Source: an uncultured Eubacteriales bacterium
Lineage (GTDB): Bacteria > Bacillota > Clostridia > Christensenellales > UBA1242
DNA length: 64,000 nt
Assembly (NCBI GenBank): GCA_948806215.1
Contig: CAQIDI010000001.1
Coordinates: 73,115 to 137,114, forward strand
Direction of reading: 5' to 3'
Both the position numbers and the translations under genes were made by a program. Every line of letters begins with the position of its first letter. Position 1 is the first letter of the stretch. Positions 61,203 through 64,000 of this stretch are shown here, in pieces. Below the pieces are notes generated by a model. The model was not told the DNA's origin. It saw only the letters and a program-made list of their open reading frames with translations, and did not search any database.

Positions 61203-63001
61203 TAATCTATTTTTAAAATGCTCATAAATGCCTCAGAAGGAATTTCTACCGAACCAATTTTACGCATTTTCTTTTTACCTTTTTTCTGTTTTTCTAAAAG
61301 CTTTCGCTTTCTACTTATGTCGCCACCATAACATTTTGCTAAAACATCTTTTCTAAGTGCTTTTACAGTTTCACGTGCAATAACTTTTGCACCAATGGCA
61401 GCTTGAATTGGAATTTCGAATAGTTGCCTTGGAATAACATCTTTTAGTTTTTCGGTTATTGCTCTGCCCTTATAATATGCTTTCTCGCGATGAACAATCA
61501 TTGATAGTGCATCACACAAATCGCCATTTAATAAAATATCAACTTTAACTAAGTCGCTTTTTTCGTAACCTATAATTTCGTAATCTAGGCTAGCATATCC
61601 TCTGGAACAAGATTTTAGTTTATCAAAAAAATCGTAGATAATTTCGTTTAGCGGAATATCGTAAACTAACTGACAACGATTTTTATCAATATATTGCAAA
61701 TCTTTGTGAACTCCACGCTTTTCTTGTGCTAGTTCCATTAAATTTCCAACATATTCAGGAGGAGTGAAAATGTTAACCCTAGTCATTGGTTCTTCCATAT
61801 ATTCAATATCCTGTGGTTTTGGTAAATCTGCAGGATTTGAAACCAAAACTTGTTCTCCACTGGTTTTGTGAACCTTATAACAAACCGAAGGTGCAGTTGT
61901 AATTAAGTCTAAATCAAATTCACGCTCTAGCCTTTCTTGAATTATTTCCATATGCAGTAAGCCTAAAAATCCGCATCTAAAACCAAAACCTAATGCTTGG
62001 CTAACTTCTGGTTCAAATTCTAACGCAGCGTCGTTTAGTTTAAGTTTTTCTAGTGCATCCTTTAAAGCATTATAATCAGCACCATCAACACAAAATATTC
62101 CACTAAACACAACTGGCTTTGCTTCTTTATAACCCGGCAATGCTTCTGGTGCAGGATAAAGTGCATTTGTTATTGTATCGCCAACTTTTGTTTCGGATAC
62201 ATTTTTAATGCTTGCACAAATGTAACCAACATCGCCAGCAAGTAATTGTTTTGTTGCAACAGGTTTTGGCGAAAAAACACCAACTTCTGTTACATCAAAA
62301 GTTTTACCTGTTATCATAAATTTTATTTTATCGTTAGCACTAACTTTACCATCAACAATTCGAACTAGGCAAACCGCGCCTTTAAAGTTATCGTAATAAC
62401 TATCAAATATAAGCGCTCTAAGTGGAGCATCTTCGTTGCCACTTGGTGGCGGAACAAGTTCTACAATTTGGCGTAAAACTTCTTCTATATTAGTTCCGTC
62501 CTTAGCACTAACGGCAGGTGCTAAATCGGCAGGTATTCCAATAATATCTTCAATTTCTTTTCTGGCAACTTCGATTTGGGCAGAAGGTAAATCTATTTTA
62601 TTAATAACTGGAACTATTTCTAAGTTGTTATCGATAGCTAAATATGCGTTTGCTAAAGTTTGAGCTTCAACACCTTGTGTTGCATCAACAATTAAAATTG
62701 CACCTTCACAAGCAGCAAGTGAACGGCTTACTTCATAAGTAAAATCCACATGCCCCGGAGTGTCGATTAAGTTTAATTCGTAGTTAACACCATTATAAAC
62801 ATAGTTCATTTTTGTTGGTGTTAATTTTATTGTTATTCCACGCTCACGCTCTATATCCATAGAATCAAGCACTTGTTCGCTTAAATCTCGTTTTTGCATT
62901 GTGCCAGTAAGTTCGATTAACCTATCGGCTAGTGTGCTTTTTCCGTGGTCGATATGTGCTACAATACAAAAGTTTCTAATATGTTTTTGCCTATCCGTAA
63001 T
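61202..63001 (-). CDS. lepA: elongation factor 4 (LepA), apparent ATT start
   Basis: The ORF-track ATG (62899) removes the G1 P-loop. The in-frame upstream sequence encodes [21 protein letters not shown]. There is no ATG, GTG or TTG before the in-frame TAG. ATT at 63001 lies 6 nt after AAGGAG. Confidence 0.85.
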   Translation of the reverse strand: MTDRQKHIRNFCIVAHIDHGKSTLADRLIELTGTMQKRDLSEQVLDSMDIERERGITIKLTPTKMNYVYNGVNYELNLIDTPGHVDFTYEVSRSLAACEGAILIVDATQGVEAQTLANAYLAIDNNLEIVPVINKIDLPSAQIEVARKEIEDIIGIPADLAPAVSAKDGTNIEEVLRQIVELVPPPSGNEDAPLRALIFDSYYDNFKGAVCLVRIVDGKVSANDKIKFMITGKTFDVTEVGVFSPKPVATKQLLAGDVGYICASIKNVSETKVGDTITNALYPAPEALPGYKEAKPVVFSGIFCVDGADYNALKDALEKLKLNDAALEFEPEVSQALGFGFRCGFLGLLHMEIIQERLEREFDLDLITTAPSVCYKVHKTSGEQVLVSNPADLPKPQDIEYMEEPMTRVNIFTPPEYVGNLMELAQEKRGVHKDLQYIDKNRCQLVYDIPLNEIIYDFFDKLKSCSRGYASLDYEIIGYEKSDLVKVDILLNGDLCDALSMIVHREKAYYKGRAITEKLKDVIPRQLFEIPIQAAIGAKVIARETVKALRKDVLAKCYGGDISRKRKLLEKQKKGKKKMRKIGSVEIPSEAFMSILKID

Positions 63002-63240
63002 GGTAATCTCCTTAATGCTTAAAATAAACTATTATGGTAATATTATATAATACAAACAGTTTTAAGTAAAATTTTTTAAAGTGAATTAATAGAACTATTT
63101 TTTGTTGGTTTTTTGACAAAAAACTACAAAATATCACAAAATAACACACTAAATTTAACAAATTGTAACTATTATTTGCAAAAACCAAGCATATTTGTTA
63201 TTATTCTATTATAGTAATATTATAAATTTTAAGGATTTTT

Positions 63241-63966
63241 ATGGATATTTTTGAAAGTTGGATTGTTAACGCACCTATAGTTAGATATGGCCTAACAACC
63301 GAAGCTTACCCAGAAAACACAATAGCCGCTTACGATAATGCAATAAAACAAAATTGCCCAATTTTGATTTGCGCACAAAGTTTAGACGACGAAACAATTA
63401 TTTGTTTTCCTTATAAAAATGTGTCAGCTTTAACCAATGGCGATGGTTATGTTCAAACACTAAAGTTTGATGACATTAAAGATTTAACTATTTTAGAAAC
63501 AGAACACAAAATTGTTAAACTAGAAGATGCTATTAAGTTTATTAAAAATAAAGTTCCAATTATGATAAATATTTTTAACGAAGGCAAAGTTGGCAAAATG
63601 GAAAGCGAAATTTTTAATCTTGTTAAGGATTTAAAAACTCCTGTTGCAATAGTTTCTGCCAACCCAGAATCGGTTAAATGGTTTAAAGATAATGCACCAC
63701 AAGTTATTCGTGGCATTAAAAGCGGAAAGTTTGAAGCAAAAACCTATGGAAGTTATAAAACAAAAAAACTTGCTAAGTTAAAATATAATAAAATTTGCGA
63801 ACCAGATTTTATTATGTATAACGCTTGCGACTTGCCTAATAGATTTGTTAAAAAATTTAATTATATGCCAATTATTGCTTATAATATTAAAACCGAACAA
63901 GAATACTTAGAAGCAGTTAAACATTGTGATAATGTTGTTTGTTCAGGCTTTATACCACAAATTTAA
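63241..63966 (+). CDS. glycerophosphodiester phosphodiesterase (GDPD)-fold protein, catalytic residues not conserved
   Basis: 241 aa. The PENTIAAYDNAI motif aligns with GDPD PENTLAAF. AAGGA SD. A hairpin terminator follows the stop. Confidence 0.6.
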   Translation: MDIFESWIVNAPIVRYGLTTEAYPENTIAAYDNAIKQNCPILICAQSLDDETIICFPYKNVSALTNGDGYVQTLKFDDIKDLTILETEHKIVKLEDAIKFIKNKVPIMINIFNEGKVGKMESEIFNLVKDLKTPVAIVSANPESVKWFKDNAPQVIRGIKSGKFEAKTYGSYKTKKLAKLKYNKICEPDFIMYNACDLPNRFVKKFNYMPIIAYNIKTEQEYLEAVKHCDNVVCSGFIPQI

Positions 63967-64000
63967 AACACTAGCAAAGCTTGTGTTTTTTATTTTTTTT

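Overview
AT-rich (about 30% G+C by eye) chromosomal core region of a low-GC Firmicute. It reads cleanly with the standard genetic code: Trp is TGG and no gene is broken at TGA. I count 60 protein-coding genes, 55 on the minus strand, plus one 4-tRNA operon. Gene order follows classic Bacillus/Clostridium synteny in three blocks. (i) yebC-ruvCAB-queA-tgt-yajC-(yrzE-like)-secDF-recJ, then infC-rpmI-rplT with an L20-leader-like attenuator, and thrS with a T-box. (ii) priA-def-fmt-rsmB-rlmN-rsgA-rpe-pnuC / rpmB / yloU-yloV. (iii) lepA-hemW-hrcA-grpE-dnaK-dnaJ-...-rsmE-mtaB-HIT-rpsU, plus pcrA-ligA. Between the blocks lie a glycerol/lipid utilisation locus (glpK, lipase-like hydrolase, three-gene GlpA-like dehydrogenase set, membrane-anchored EEP hydrolase), an ArsR/SmtB-regulated CPC-type P1B ATPase, a fused MacB-like ABC transporter and a divergent MetRS. 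I found no transposase, integrase, CRISPR array, prophage or recognisable defence island, and no convincing multi-gene novel system, so this is mostly ordinary housekeeping DNA. The observations most worth a second look are single-gene curiosities. They are: a 26-codon spoVM-like micro-ORF missed by the ORF track and sitting at the canonical spoVM position; a 105-aa Ser/Thr/Ala/Lys/Arg-only basic protein next to the tRNA operon; lepA apparently starting at ATT (with infC, two ATT starts in the window); a Cys/His-rich N-terminal extension on GrpE; a MetRS with a degenerate KMSKS motif; a GDPD-fold protein lacking the catalytic residues; and lineage-specific gene losses or replacements inside conserved operons (no prpC-prkC, no prmA). 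Product calls rest on motif recognition and remembered synteny. No database search was possible.
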